Source: an uncultured Acidobacteriota bacterium (lineage in GTDB: Bacteria > Acidobacteriota > Thermoanaerobaculia > Multivoradales > JAHEKO01). From it: 64,000 nt of DNA. Made by a program: the position numbers and the translations under genes. The notes below the pieces were generated by a model. The model was given only the letters and a program-made list of their open reading frames with translations. It was not told the origin of the DNA and did no database searches. Positions 29,023 through 40,543 of the stretch are shown piece after piece. Location of the stretch: the NCBI GenBank assembly GCA_963713825.1, contig CAVQNG010000003.1, forward strand, positions 1,600,001 through 1,664,000. The letters run 5' to 3'. The first letter of the stretch is position 1. Each line of letters starts with the position of its first letter.

Positions 29023-30387
29023 TCAGTTGAGGCCGTGCTTCTCGAGGCGGCGGTAGAGGGCGCTGCGACTGAGCCCCAGATCCTCGGCGGCCAGGCTGAC
29101 ATTGCCGTCGCTCTTGTCCAGCGCCTTTTGGATGAGCAGTCGCTCGGCGTCTTCCAGGGTCATCTGGTCGAGATGTGCTGCCGCCTCGCCCCCGGATTCG
29201 AGGCCGAGGTCCGCGGTAGCGATCAGCGGCCTCTGTGCCATTAGGACACCGCGCTCCACGGCGTGGTCCAACTCCCTGACATTGCCAGGCCAGCTGTGCT
29301 TCCGCATCGCCGTCCGAGCCGACTCGTCGAAGCCCTCGAGCTGTTTGCCGTACCTGGACACGTGCTTTTCGAAGAAGTGGCTGGAGAGGGGCTCGAGATC
29401 CTCACCGCGCTCGCGCAGCGGAGGGATAGGAATCTCGACCGTTCGCAGTCGGTACAGGAGGTCCTTGCGAAATCGGCCTGCAGCGACGGCAGCTTCGAGG
29501 TCGGCGTTGGTGGCCGACAGAATCCGCACGTCGGCCGATTGCGTTCGGGAGGCCCCGACACGCTCGAAATCTCCAGTCTCCACGACGCGTAGGAGCTTGG
29601 CCTGCTGAGCCGCCGGCAGGTTGCCGATCTCGTCCAGAAAGAGGGTGCCGCCGTCGGCCATCTCGAAGCGTCCGATCCGGTCCCCTTTGGCGTCGGTAAA
29701 GGCGCCTTTGACGTGTCCGAAGAGCTCACTCTCGAAAATGGACTCGGAGAGACCGCCTGTGTTGACGGTGACGAGGGGCATGTCCGCGCGGTCCGAGACG
29801 GAGTGCAGCAACTGGGCGACGATGCCTTTGCCGGTGCCGTTCTCGCCGGTGATCAGGACGTTGGCGTCGGATGGGCCGACCCGTTCGATCAGGTCCAGAA
29901 CCGGCTGCATGGAGCGTGAGCCGGCGATGAAGTCGATCTCCGCACCGCCTCGCAGCAGTCGATTCTCCGCCTCGAGCCTGTCGCCCTTGCGCCGCGCCCG
30001 CCGCAGCTCGATTTGATTGCGCAGGATGGCCAGGACCCGTTCGTTGTCCCACGGCTTCTCGAAGAAATCACTGGCGCCCAGCCGCATGGCCTCGACGGCG
30101 AGCTCGATGCTGCCCCAGGCGGTCATCACCACCAGCGCGAGGCTCGAGTCGAGCGTGCGCAGCTTGGTCAACAGATCGAGGCCTTCCTTGCCCGAGGTCG
30201 TGTCTCGCGTGTAGTTCAGATCCATCAGGACGGCGTCGAACTCGCGCCGGGTGGCGGCCGCCAGAGCCTCTTCTGGAGAGCTGACGAGCTCCACTGTGTA
30301 GCCCTCGCCCTTGAGCAGCAGGCGCATGGACTCCAAGATGTCCGGCTGGTCGTCGGCGACCAGGATCGATGGAGCGGGCACGCTCAC
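29023..30387 (-). CDS. Sigma-54-dependent response regulator, GAFTDA variant
   Basis: Receiver with MDLNYTRDTTSG, GENGTGKG, GAFTDA, WPGNVREL, Fis-type HTH. Confidence 0.94.
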   Translation of the reverse strand: MSVPAPSILVADDQPDILESMRLLLKGEGYTVELVSSPEEALAAATRREFDAVLMDLNYTRDTTSGKEGLDLLTKLRTLDSSLALVVMTAWGSIELAVEAMRLGASDFFEKPWDNERVLAILRNQIELRRARRKGDRLEAENRLLRGGAEIDFIAGSRSMQPVLDLIERVGPSDANVLITGENGTGKGIVAQLLHSVSDRADMPLVTVNTGGLSESIFESELFGHVKGAFTDAKGDRIGRFEMADGGTLFLDEIGNLPAAQQAKLLRVVETGDFERVGASRTQSADVRILSATNADLEAAVAAGRFRKDLLYRLRTVEIPIPPLRERGEDLEPLSSHFFEKHVSRYGKQLEGFDESARTAMRKHSWPGNVRELDHAVERGVLMAQRPLIATADLGLESGGEAAAHLDQMTLEDAERLLIQKALDKSDGNVSLAAEDLGLSRSALYRRLEKHGLN

Positions 30388-30406
30388 TTCAGTGATCGTA
30401 ACTCAC

Positions 30407-31138
30407 CTACGACGGCACTGCCATCGGCTCGATGGCGGGCTCTGAGAGAACCTCCTCCGAGACGATCCGGCCGTCGAAGAGCTCGATGTTGCGGTTGGCG
30501 TGGCGGGCCCAACGGGGGTCGTGGGTCACCATGCAGATCGTCGCTCCCTGCGCATGCAGGTCGTCGAGCAGCTCCATGACCGCCTCGCTGTTCTTGGAAT
30601 CGAGATTACCCGTCGGCTCGTCGGCGAGCAGAATCGAAGGCGATCCGACGACGGCGCGCGCTACGGCGACGCGCTGCTGCTGACCTCCGGAGAGTTGCGA
30701 CGGGTAGTGCTTGGTGCGATGGGACATGGCGACACGCTCGAGCGCTTCCATGACCCGGACCTTGGATTCGGCAGAGCTCATGCCTCGATAGGTGAGAGGC
30801 AGCTCGACGTTCTCGTAGACCGTCAGGTCGCCAATGAGGTTGAAAGCCTGGAAGATGAAGCCGATCTCACGGTTGCGGATGCGCGCCCTTTCGGCGAAGC
30901 GAAGTCCATCGACTGCCTGCTCGTTGAGCACGTAGTCGCCGTCGGTTGGCGTGTCGAGTAGACCCAGGATCGAAAGCAGAGTCGTCTTGCCACAGCCGGA
31001 GGGCCCGGAGATAGAAACGTAGTCGCCTTTCCCGATCGTGAGGTGCACGTTGGTCAGGGCGTGGGTCTCCACCTCGTCGGTAAAGAAGACCTTCTTGATG
31101 CCCTTCATCTGAATCAGGGGATCTTGGTTCGAGCTCAT
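30407..31138 (-). CDS. ABC transporter ATP-binding protein (LolD/MacB-like)
   Basis: GPSGCGKT, LSGGQQQRV, LADEPTGNLD, VTHD. Confidence 0.95.
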   Translation of the reverse strand: MSSNQDPLIQMKGIKKVFFTDEVETHALTNVHLTIGKGDYVSISGPSGCGKTTLLSILGLLDTPTDGDYVLNEQAVDGLRFAERARIRNREIGFIFQAFNLIGDLTVYENVELPLTYRGMSSAESKVRVMEALERVAMSHRTKHYPSQLSGGQQQRVAVARAVVGSPSILLADEPTGNLDSKNSEAVMELLDDLHAQGATICMVTHDPRWARHANRNIELFDGRIVSEEVLSEPAIEPMAVPS

Positions 31139-31189
31139 GGTTTCTCCCGTCCTGGTTTCAAACGTCTGATGCCTGAGATTGTTTCGTTG

Positions 31190-32443
31190 TCACTCGATTC
31201 GAATGCGGTCGAAGTCGTCCCACTTCGATGTGTCGGAGAGGATCACGCGATCGCCTTCCCGCAGGCCATCGACGACCTCCACGGTAGAGACCGAGCTACG
31301 TCCCAGTCGCACCTGGACTCGGCGCGCCCCGTCCTCCTCCTCGTTCACGACAAAGAGGCTCACGGTCTGGTTGGCCTGGCCATAGGCTGGGCGGCCGACG
31401 TAGAGGACGTCCTCGAGGCGCTCGATCTCAATGGTGCCGTCGACCCGAAGATCGGGTCGGGCCCCCTGGGGCAGAGCCCCTTCCAGCGCCACGTCCACCG
31501 TTACACTGCCTTCACGCACGGCAGGATCGACGCGGCTCAGTCGACCTGGAACGATTCCGTTGCGGGTGTCGATGGAGACGGCGAGTCCGACCCGCAGATC
31601 CTTGGCCTGGGTTTCGGGGATGCGCAGCTCGGCCTTGAGCTGATCGGGCTGCGCCACCTGGGCGAGGGTGGAGCCGGCCGTGACCCTCTGGCCCTCCTCG
31701 ACCCGCACTTCCTGGAGGACCCCTCCCATTCCGGCCCGGACCTGCAGTGAAGCGAACTGCTGTTGGCGCAGGTTCATGAGCGCTCGCTGCTGCTCCAGGC
31801 GGCTGCGGCCGGCCTGCAATTGGGCTTCTGTGGAACGGCCCGCCTTCTCTAGTCGGACGCGCTCGATCTGTTCGAGCTTCTCTAGCTGGTCTGTAACCAG
31901 CTGAGACCTTTTGAAGTCGATCTCCGGTAGGAGCCCCTCGGCCGTGAGACGCTCGTTGGCTTCCAGTTGGAGTTTGGCCTGGCTGTGCTCCGAGATGACC
32001 TGGGCAAGCACCGACTCCTGAGTGAGCACCTGGCTCTCGAGCTGGGCCTCGAGCATGACGTAGTCGGCCTCGACGGCCCGTAGCTCGGACGTGGCGTCCG
32101 CGATCTGCTGCTCCAGCTCCGGACTGGAGAGCTCGAGCAGAATTGTGTCCGCCTCGACGACCGTGCCGGGGAGCACCAGGATGCGTTCGACTCGACCCTG
32201 GGTAGCTGCGGTGATCCATTGCAGGCTCTCGGGGACCAGTGTGCCCGGACCGCGAACTTGGCGGAGCATCTCTCCCCGTTCGACATTCGAGAAGTACAGA
32301 GCGCCGCCCTCGACCGTCGGCGCGGCGGGCTCGAGCTGGGCCAGACCGAAGGTGACCAGGAGAACCGCAGCCAGTGCCACCCCGATCAGGATGGTCCTCT
32401 TGCGCCTTTTCTGGCGCGCTACGTCGGTTCGCTGTACGTCCAT
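31190..32443 (-). CDS. HlyD/MacA-family periplasmic adaptor
   Basis: N-terminal TM anchor, VRGPGTLVP, long coiled coil, GLREGDRVILSD; ATG 32443 after GGAGAG. Confidence 0.9.
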   Translation of the reverse strand: MDVQRTDVARQKRRKRTILIGVALAAVLLVTFGLAQLEPAAPTVEGGALYFSNVERGEMLRQVRGPGTLVPESLQWITAATQGRVERILVLPGTVVEADTILLELSSPELEQQIADATSELRAVEADYVMLEAQLESQVLTQESVLAQVISEHSQAKLQLEANERLTAEGLLPEIDFKRSQLVTDQLEKLEQIERVRLEKAGRSTEAQLQAGRSRLEQQRALMNLRQQQFASLQVRAGMGGVLQEVRVEEGQRVTAGSTLAQVAQPDQLKAELRIPETQAKDLRVGLAVSIDTRNGIVPGRLSRVDPAVREGSVTVDVALEGALPQGARPDLRVDGTIEIERLEDVLYVGRPAYGQANQTVSLFVVNEEEDGARRVQVRLGRSSVSTVEVVDGLREGDRVILSDTSKWDDFDRIRIE

Positions 32444-32468
32444 GAGGTCGCTCTCCACCGGACACTAG

Positions 32469-32485
32469 AGCAGGCTCCGTGCCAG
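32469..32485 (-). promoter_or_regulatory. Sigma-54 -24/-12 promoter of the adaptor-ATPase-RR-HK operon
   Basis: CTGGCACGGAGCCTGCT (GG-N10-GC); an AT-rich IHF-like tract follows at about 32501-32524. Confidence 0.85.
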
Positions 32486-32549
32486 GTCAGGGGTAGTGTT
32501 TAAGTGTTGATTTGAAAAGAGTTACAGGGAGGACCGCAGAAGCCTCGAG

Positions 32550-32586
32550 TGTCCGATTTTGGGACGGAAGGTCCAGAATCGGAATG
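32550..32586. promoter_or_regulatory. Candidate UAS pair for the GAFTDA activator
   Basis: TGTCCGATTTTGGGAC and GGTCCAGAATCGGAA are near-inverted copies, 65-100 bp upstream of the -24 box. Confidence 0.6.
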
Positions 32587-32636
32587 CCAGCGGCGACTGA
32601 TGAGATGCCTAATGCAGGAGCGCTGGAACCCGCCGG

Positions 32637-32665
32637 TTGACACTCGCCAGCGGCGTCGCTATATT
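32637..32665 (+). promoter_or_regulatory. Sigma-70 promoter of tRNA-Ala
   Basis: TTGACA-N17-TATATT about 20 nt upstream of the tRNA. Confidence 0.8.
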
Positions 32666-32685
32666 CCTCAGTCCTCGCCATTCGT

Positions 32686-32761
<76 letters not shown>

Positions 32762-33185
32762 TTTAACTCTCTTGTTTTCAGTTAGATAGAGAAGATCCGG
32801 CGAGCCTGAGTGCTGCGCCGGTTCTGGATCTGCTCACCTTTCGCCCACGACCACCGGTAGCTCGTCATCCAGTTCGGGCCCTTAGGTCCGTGCCAGCGGG
32901 CTGAGGGTATTCCTCCAGTACTTCTTTGCCGCCGTGGATACCGTGTCGCCCGGCGCCTGTGACGCCACGCGCGAGCTTCTGGCTGCCGGGTCGCTGACCG
33001 GCTTGGTGGTGGGTGTCTTGGCTCCCTCGCAGTCAGATGTCCGGGGCCTTTCGAGCTAATGATTTGCGACAGAGTGAGATAGACCACGACCCAGAGTGTT
33101 TGCTCTATGTCTGCTCGCCCTTTTTCGAGGACGATCAAGAGCAGGCTGGTAGAGGCCGTAAACTATTGTGAATAAGAGAATTAAC

Positions 33186-33230
33186 TGGTTCCCAGGGCTG
33201 GCATCGAACCAGTGGCACCACGATTCTCAG
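33186..33230 (-). pseudogene. Decayed 3' half of a tRNA-Phe-like gene (att-type fragment)
   Basis: Revcomp CTGAGAATCGTGGTGCCACTGGTTCGATGCCAGCCCTGGGAACCA gives anticodon-loop remnant, T-arm, acceptor 3' strand and ACCA; no 5' half. Confidence 0.7.
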
Positions 33231-33245
33231 AGCCAGAGTATTGCG

Positions 33246-35333
33246 TCACTTCAAGCCGGCTTCCTGTAACGCGCCCATCATGCGTCGATCGACGTCCGGC
33301 CCCATCGCGCCGAGGACGCGGCGAACCATCTCCAGCGACACCTCCGGCACGAGTTGGCGCGCTTCGCGGATCGCGGCCTGCGCCACTTCGAGCTGCCCGA
33401 GTCCAACCGCGTTCATAGCGCACCAGAGCTGCCCAAAGTAGTACTCCGGCCACAGCGCGATGAGCCGGCGGCTCGCCTCCAGACCCTCGTCGAAGCGCCC
33501 GGCGTTGAAGTACGCACCGGCGAGGACGTCATGAAAGAGCCATTCGGTCGGATCCCGCGGGCTGAGCTTCATCGCCCGGTGCACCAGCTCGATGCTGTCT
33601 TCCGGGGGATGACCAGTCATGTGCCAGAAATAGGCGTGGAAGAGCATCGCCATCGGCTGGCTCGGATTCAGCTCCATGCCCCGTCGCGACTCCTCGATCG
33701 CGGCGTTGGCGTCGCCAGCCGTCATCAGAGCGAATGCCAGCTCGGCATGAGCTTCGGGATTCCGAGGATCGAGATCGACGGCGCGGCGCGCTTGGGTGAG
33801 GGCCAGTTCGACGGTCTCGTCGGGAGAATCGGTCCAGCCGTGGAGAACCTGCCAGATCCCCACCTCGGCCAGGCGCGCCCACGCCGTGGAGAACTGCGGC
33901 TCGAGCTCGGTGGCTCGCTCGAGCAGGGCCTGCCCCTGTTCGAAGTTCTCGCGCGTGAACCGGTAGAAGAAGCCGAGGGCGCGCTGGTAGAGGCCCCACG
34001 CCTCGAGGCTCTCCGGCGTGCGGTGCTGGACCTGTGCGTGCTCGGCGTGCTGCAGATCCACCACGAGCGAGGCCGCAATCGCCTCACTGATCTCGTCCTG
34101 CACAGCGAACACGTCGGTCAATTCGCGATCATAGGTCTGCACCCACACGTTCTGCCCCGTGACCGCGTCGACGAGCTGCGCGGCGATGCGCACCCGGCTT
34201 CCCGCCTTGCGTACGCTGCCCTGGACGACGTAACGGACACCGAGCCCGGACGAGACCTCCTTCAGGTCGACGTCCTTGCCCTTATACGAGAAGCTCGAGT
34301 TGCGCGCAATCACGGGGAACGCCCGCCACAGAGACAGGCGGGCAATGAGGTCCTCGGCGAGACCGTCGGCAAAGTACTCCTGCTCGGGGTCTCCGGAGCG
34401 ATTCTCGAACGGCAGCACCGCGACGGCGGGCCGACCACCGAAACCGGGCACGGTCGCCGTCTCGGTGGGTGGCGGGCCAGCCACCGGTGCGCGGTCGACC
34501 AGATCGAGCTCGCTCAGCACTTCCCCCGGCGTCTGAAACCGGTGGTCCGGCGCCTTCTCCAGGCAGCGCGCGATCACTTGCGCCAATCCGTCCGGCAGGT
34601 CGGCCCGCAGCTCGCCGGGTGGCGGCGGCGTGTCGCGTAGGATCGCAGAGGCGAGCTCGGCGGATGACGGTCCTTCGAAGGGTCGCCGGCCGATCGCCAT
34701 TTCGTAAAGGACGACGCCCAGGGAGAAGATGTCGGAGCGGTGATCCACTGACAGGCCCGAGACCTGCTCCGGCGACATGTACGGCACCGTCCCCATCACG
34801 ACGCCCTCACGCGTCAGCAACTCGGTGGCCAGCTCCGAGCCGCCGGGCCGCTCCTCCGGCGCCTCGCTCATCCGCGCGAGGCCGAAGTCGAGGACCTTCA
34901 CACGGTCCTCGGCCGTCACCATGACGTTGGCGGGTTTCAAATCGCGGTGGACGATGCCCTTCTCGTAAGCGGCAGCGAGAGCCTCGGTGAGTGCGATAGC
35001 AATCTCGAGGATCCGCTCGACCGGCAGCCCGCTGTCGGGGATCAGTTGGTCGAGCGACTGCCCCTCGACGAGCTGCATCGTCAGGAAATGGACGCCGCCC
35101 GATTCCTCTACGGAGAACACGGTGACGATGCCGGGGTGATCGAGTGCGGCGAGCGCCTTCGCCTCGCGCCGGAACCGCTCGAGCCACTCCGCGCTCGAGG
35201 CCATCTCGGCCGGCAGCACCTTCAGCGCCACCTCACGACCGAGCTTGGTGTCGGTGGCCCGGTACACCTCCCCCATCCCGCCCTCGCCCAGCTTGGCGGT
35301 GATCCCGTAGTGGGAGAGAGTCTGGCCGATCAA
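33246..35333 (-). CDS. Ser/Thr protein kinase with TolB-like and TPR domains
   Basis: GEGGMG, VALK, HRDLKPAN, DFG, YMSPEQ; VAVLPFEN..EYFADG module; TPRs. Likely TTG start at 35333. Confidence 0.93.
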   Translation of the reverse strand: MIGQTLSHYGITAKLGEGGMGEVYRATDTKLGREVALKVLPAEMASSAEWLERFRREAKALAALDHPGIVTVFSVEESGGVHFLTMQLVEGQSLDQLIPDSGLPVERILEIAIALTEALAAAYEKGIVHRDLKPANVMVTAEDRVKVLDFGLARMSEAPEERPGGSELATELLTREGVVMGTVPYMSPEQVSGLSVDHRSDIFSLGVVLYEMAIGRRPFEGPSSAELASAILRDTPPPPGELRADLPDGLAQVIARCLEKAPDHRFQTPGEVLSELDLVDRAPVAGPPPTETATVPGFGGRPAVAVLPFENRSGDPEQEYFADGLAEDLIARLSLWRAFPVIARNSSFSYKGKDVDLKEVSSGLGVRYVVQGSVRKAGSRVRIAAQLVDAVTGQNVWVQTYDRELTDVFAVQDEISEAIAASLVVDLQHAEHAQVQHRTPESLEAWGLYQRALGFFYRFTRENFEQGQALLERATELEPQFSTAWARLAEVGIWQVLHGWTDSPDETVELALTQARRAVDLDPRNPEAHAELAFALMTAGDANAAIEESRRGMELNPSQPMAMLFHAYFWHMTGHPPEDSIELVHRAMKLSPRDPTEWLFHDVLAGAYFNAGRFDEGLEASRRLIALWPEYYFGQLWCAMNAVGLGQLEVAQAAIREARQLVPEVSLEMVRRVLGAMGPDVDRRMMGALQEAGLK

Positions 35334-35550
35334 GGTGCGGCGATTGTAGCGCAAGGGCGGCCTGTCTACCCCGCGATCATCGCCCCGGCCGGCGCTAAGC
35401 TGCTCACCGTTTGCTCACCAACTCAGGCTAACTCGCCTATCTCATGGGAATTCTCAGGAACAACCATTTTGGGGAAGCCATCGTTCCGCCTGACTCCGCC
35501 AATCTCGAGAAGACTCCTCGCACCTCCCCGGATGAGCCCTACCACGAAAG

Positions 35551-35571
35551 GGCATTCAAGAGGTCGTCGGT
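35551..35571 (+). repeat. att-like direct repeat of the tRNA-Ala anticodon/variable region
   Basis: Exact 21-nt match to 32719-32739. Confidence 0.85.
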
Positions 35572-35709
35572 GGGCCATCGAGCCTGATGGACCTGCACGG
35601 CACGATTGCAGTAACCTGAATCCCGATTCAAGCGCATCTTTCCTCGAGAGGCCTGCGCAAGCCTGACCATCAGTTCCGGACTCCTTGAACAGGAGAGGGA
35701 GATACCACC

Positions 35710-37704
35710 ATGCGTAGATCTGTCACTTCGATCGTCACCGGTCTGATTCTCGGTATGGCCTTCTTGGCCTGCCAGGGCCCAGAGACTACCTCAGTGAGCG
35801 GAGAGGCCACGGCACCGGAGAACCTGGTTGCCGACACCCCCAAGACCACAGTCATGGGCAACACGTTTGTCGCCCCTGAAGGTTGGACCCTGTCGGTGCG
35901 TGGCCCGGCGACCATTCTCCAGCCCCCGGAAGGCGGCTCCTCGATCGTACTGGTCGATGTGGAAGCCGAAGACGCCGACGGAGCGGTGGCCGCTGCCTGG
36001 GAGGCCTACAAAGAGCTGGCCTGGCCCCTCAAGGTCACCAACGACCAGCCCGACAAGGACGGTTGGTCCAAGAAGCGGCGTTATGAATACCAGACGTCGC
36101 CCAACGAGCATCGAGCCGTGGTGGCCGGGACGAGGTTTGCCAACGACGTCTGGACCGTCTGGATCTACGACATGGCCTACGACGTGGGCGAGAAGCGTGG
36201 CGGGCAGGTGTCGCTGATCTTCGATCGTCTCCTTCCCAAGGGCTATTCGCGTGAGAGCTTCGCCGGCAAGACGGCCCACAAGCTCGACGAGGGCCGACTG
36301 GCCGAGATAGCCCGGTTTGTCCAGGACGGCATGAAGGCCACCGGTGTGCCGGGTGTCTCCTACGGCATCGTCCAGGATGGTGAGGTCGTCTTCGCCGGCG
36401 GCTTTGGTGTCCGGGAGCTCGGCCAGCCGGAAGCCCCCGATGCTGACACCCTTTACATGATCGCCTCGAACACCAAGGGCCTCTCCACCCTTCTGCTGGC
36501 CAAACTGGTCGACGAGGGCAGGCTCGCCTGGGACACCCAGGTCAAGAGTGTCTGGCCCACCTTTGCGGTGGGGGAACCAGAGACGACCGACCAGGTCCTG
36601 ATCGAGCATCTGGTCTGCGCCTGCACCGGGATGCCCCGGCAGGATATGGAGTGGCTCTTCCAATTCGACGGTGTGACGCCAGACGATGCGATGACGCTTC
36701 TGGGCACCATGCAGCCCACCAGTGATTTCGGCGATCTGTTCCAGTACTCCAACATGCTAGCTGGGGCTGGGGGTTTTACCGGCGGCTACATGATGTACCC
36801 GGATCTCGAGCTGGGGGCCGCCTACGACAAGGCAATGAAAACGGCAGTCTTCGACCCCTTGGGGATGACCTCGACCACCTTCGATTACGACCGGGCCATG
36901 GCCGGCAACTTCGCCGGTGCTCATGCACCCGATGTGGATGGCAACCCGGCCGTGGCGGTCTTCGAGCTCAATTACTCCATTATTCCGCTCCGTCCCGCCG
37001 GCGCCGGCTGGAGCAACGTCAACGACATGCTCCGCTACATCGCCATGGAGGTTGCCGAAGGCAAGCTCCCCGACGGCAGTAACTACATCTCGAAAGAGGC
37101 GCTCCTCGAGCGGCGCCAGTCGATGATCTCCCTCGGCAACGACGCCTTCTATGGCATGGGTCTGATGGTGGACTCCACCTACGGCATCCCGGTGGTCCAT
37201 CATGGTGGCGACATGGTCGGCTACCACAGCGACATGATGTGGCTGCCCGACCATGGCGTGGGAGCCGTGATCCTGACGAATGGCGACCCTGGCTGGTACA
37301 TCCGGAACCGCTTCCAGCGCAAGCTCTTGGAGGTGCTCTTCGACGGTGAGCCCCTGGCCGACGAGGAGTTGGCTGCCGATGCCGAGCGTTACTACGAGAA
37401 CATGGCTGCTGATCGGCAGCTCCTCGATCGCCCCGCCGACAGGCAAGCCGTGGGCAAGCTGGCTTCGCGGTACAGCAACAGCGCACTGGGTGAGATCGCG
37501 GTGAGCGGTGACGACGAAGTCACGGTCTTCGACTTCGGCGAGTGGCACAGCGAGGTCGCTACCCGCCAGAACCCCGACGGAACGGTCTCCTTCATTACCA
37601 TCACTCCAGGGATGATCGGCTTCGAGTTCGTCGTCGGTGACGGAGATCAGCGTACGCTCGTCGTCCGCGACGCCCAGCACGAATACGTGTTCGAGGAAAT
37701 GTAG
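35710..37704 (+). CDS. Beta-lactamase-family serine hydrolase lipoprotein
   Basis: Lipobox FLAC; SxxK (ASNTK), YSN and HGG motifs. Confidence 0.88.
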   Translation: MRRSVTSIVTGLILGMAFLACQGPETTSVSGEATAPENLVADTPKTTVMGNTFVAPEGWTLSVRGPATILQPPEGGSSIVLVDVEAEDADGAVAAAWEAYKELAWPLKVTNDQPDKDGWSKKRRYEYQTSPNEHRAVVAGTRFANDVWTVWIYDMAYDVGEKRGGQVSLIFDRLLPKGYSRESFAGKTAHKLDEGRLAEIARFVQDGMKATGVPGVSYGIVQDGEVVFAGGFGVRELGQPEAPDADTLYMIASNTKGLSTLLLAKLVDEGRLAWDTQVKSVWPTFAVGEPETTDQVLIEHLVCACTGMPRQDMEWLFQFDGVTPDDAMTLLGTMQPTSDFGDLFQYSNMLAGAGGFTGGYMMYPDLELGAAYDKAMKTAVFDPLGMTSTTFDYDRAMAGNFAGAHAPDVDGNPAVAVFELNYSIIPLRPAGAGWSNVNDMLRYIAMEVAEGKLPDGSNYISKEALLERRQSMISLGNDAFYGMGLMVDSTYGIPVVHHGGDMVGYHSDMMWLPDHGVGAVILTNGDPGWYIRNRFQRKLLEVLFDGEPLADEELAADAERYYENMAADRQLLDRPADRQAVGKLASRYSNSALGEIAVSGDDEVTVFDFGEWHSEVATRQNPDGTVSFITITPGMIGFEFVVGDGDQRTLVVRDAQHEYVFEEM

Positions 37705-37920
37705 GCCCCCGCGGGGCGGCTACCACCGATCGTAGGATCCCGGGAACCGCAATGGGCGAGGGCCCTGAGTGACTGGGGTCCGCGGTTGCCTGCTCTTCTG
37801 ATCGTTTGCTCACGAACTCAACCAAGCTCCCCCGTGTGAGCGGAGCTCTCTAGATGAGCGCTCTGTCTGGCATCGAGCGCCACGTGACATAAGATCGCAC
37901 ACGATCTTGGAGAGCTACGG

Positions 37921-40251
<2,331 letters not shown>

Positions 40252-40543
40252 GGCTCCACCCGCGCCCGCAGCGGTCGGACGAGAGGCAGTGTGATCCGAC
40301 AAGCTCGGGGCGGCGTGGGGTGCAAGCGAGCGGGGGCCGTTGACCGACAGGACATCAGATGGGGCCGAGTAGGAAATCGCTTTTCCTACGCTGCGGGGTC
40401 TTGGGTTGTGGTGGAACAGGAATGGATTGCCGAGACCTGACAGTGAAGCAAGTCGCGCCTCTAAGGACGTAGAATTGCCGTTGTAGTTCCTCAAGTCAAT
40501 GAAGCCGAATTGGTTTCTCCACCATTCCCAGCAGGAGGATCCT

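Larger units (their letters stand above)
32762..35571. mobile_element. Degenerate tRNA-Ala-anchored genomic islet (no integrase remaining)
   Basis: 21-bp direct repeat GGCATTCAAGAGGTCGTCGGT at 32719-32739 and 35551-35571; TGCTCACC tandem at 35401/35412; AT-rich tract right after the tRNA. Confidence 0.65.

Noticed and set aside
32782-33138. 118-aa ORF after tRNA-Ala as an integrase remnant
   Set aside because: No tyrosine or serine recombinase motifs recognisable; probably decayed island DNA.
40252-40260. GGCTCCACC match to the tRNA-Ala 3' end as another att site
   Set aside because: Only 9 nt in GC-rich sequence, so plausible by chance.
40369-40389. GTAGGAAA-TCGCT-TTTCCTAC hairpin as a REP
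   Set aside because: Single copy and unlike the REP doublet at 15617; could be an ordinary hairpin or operator.
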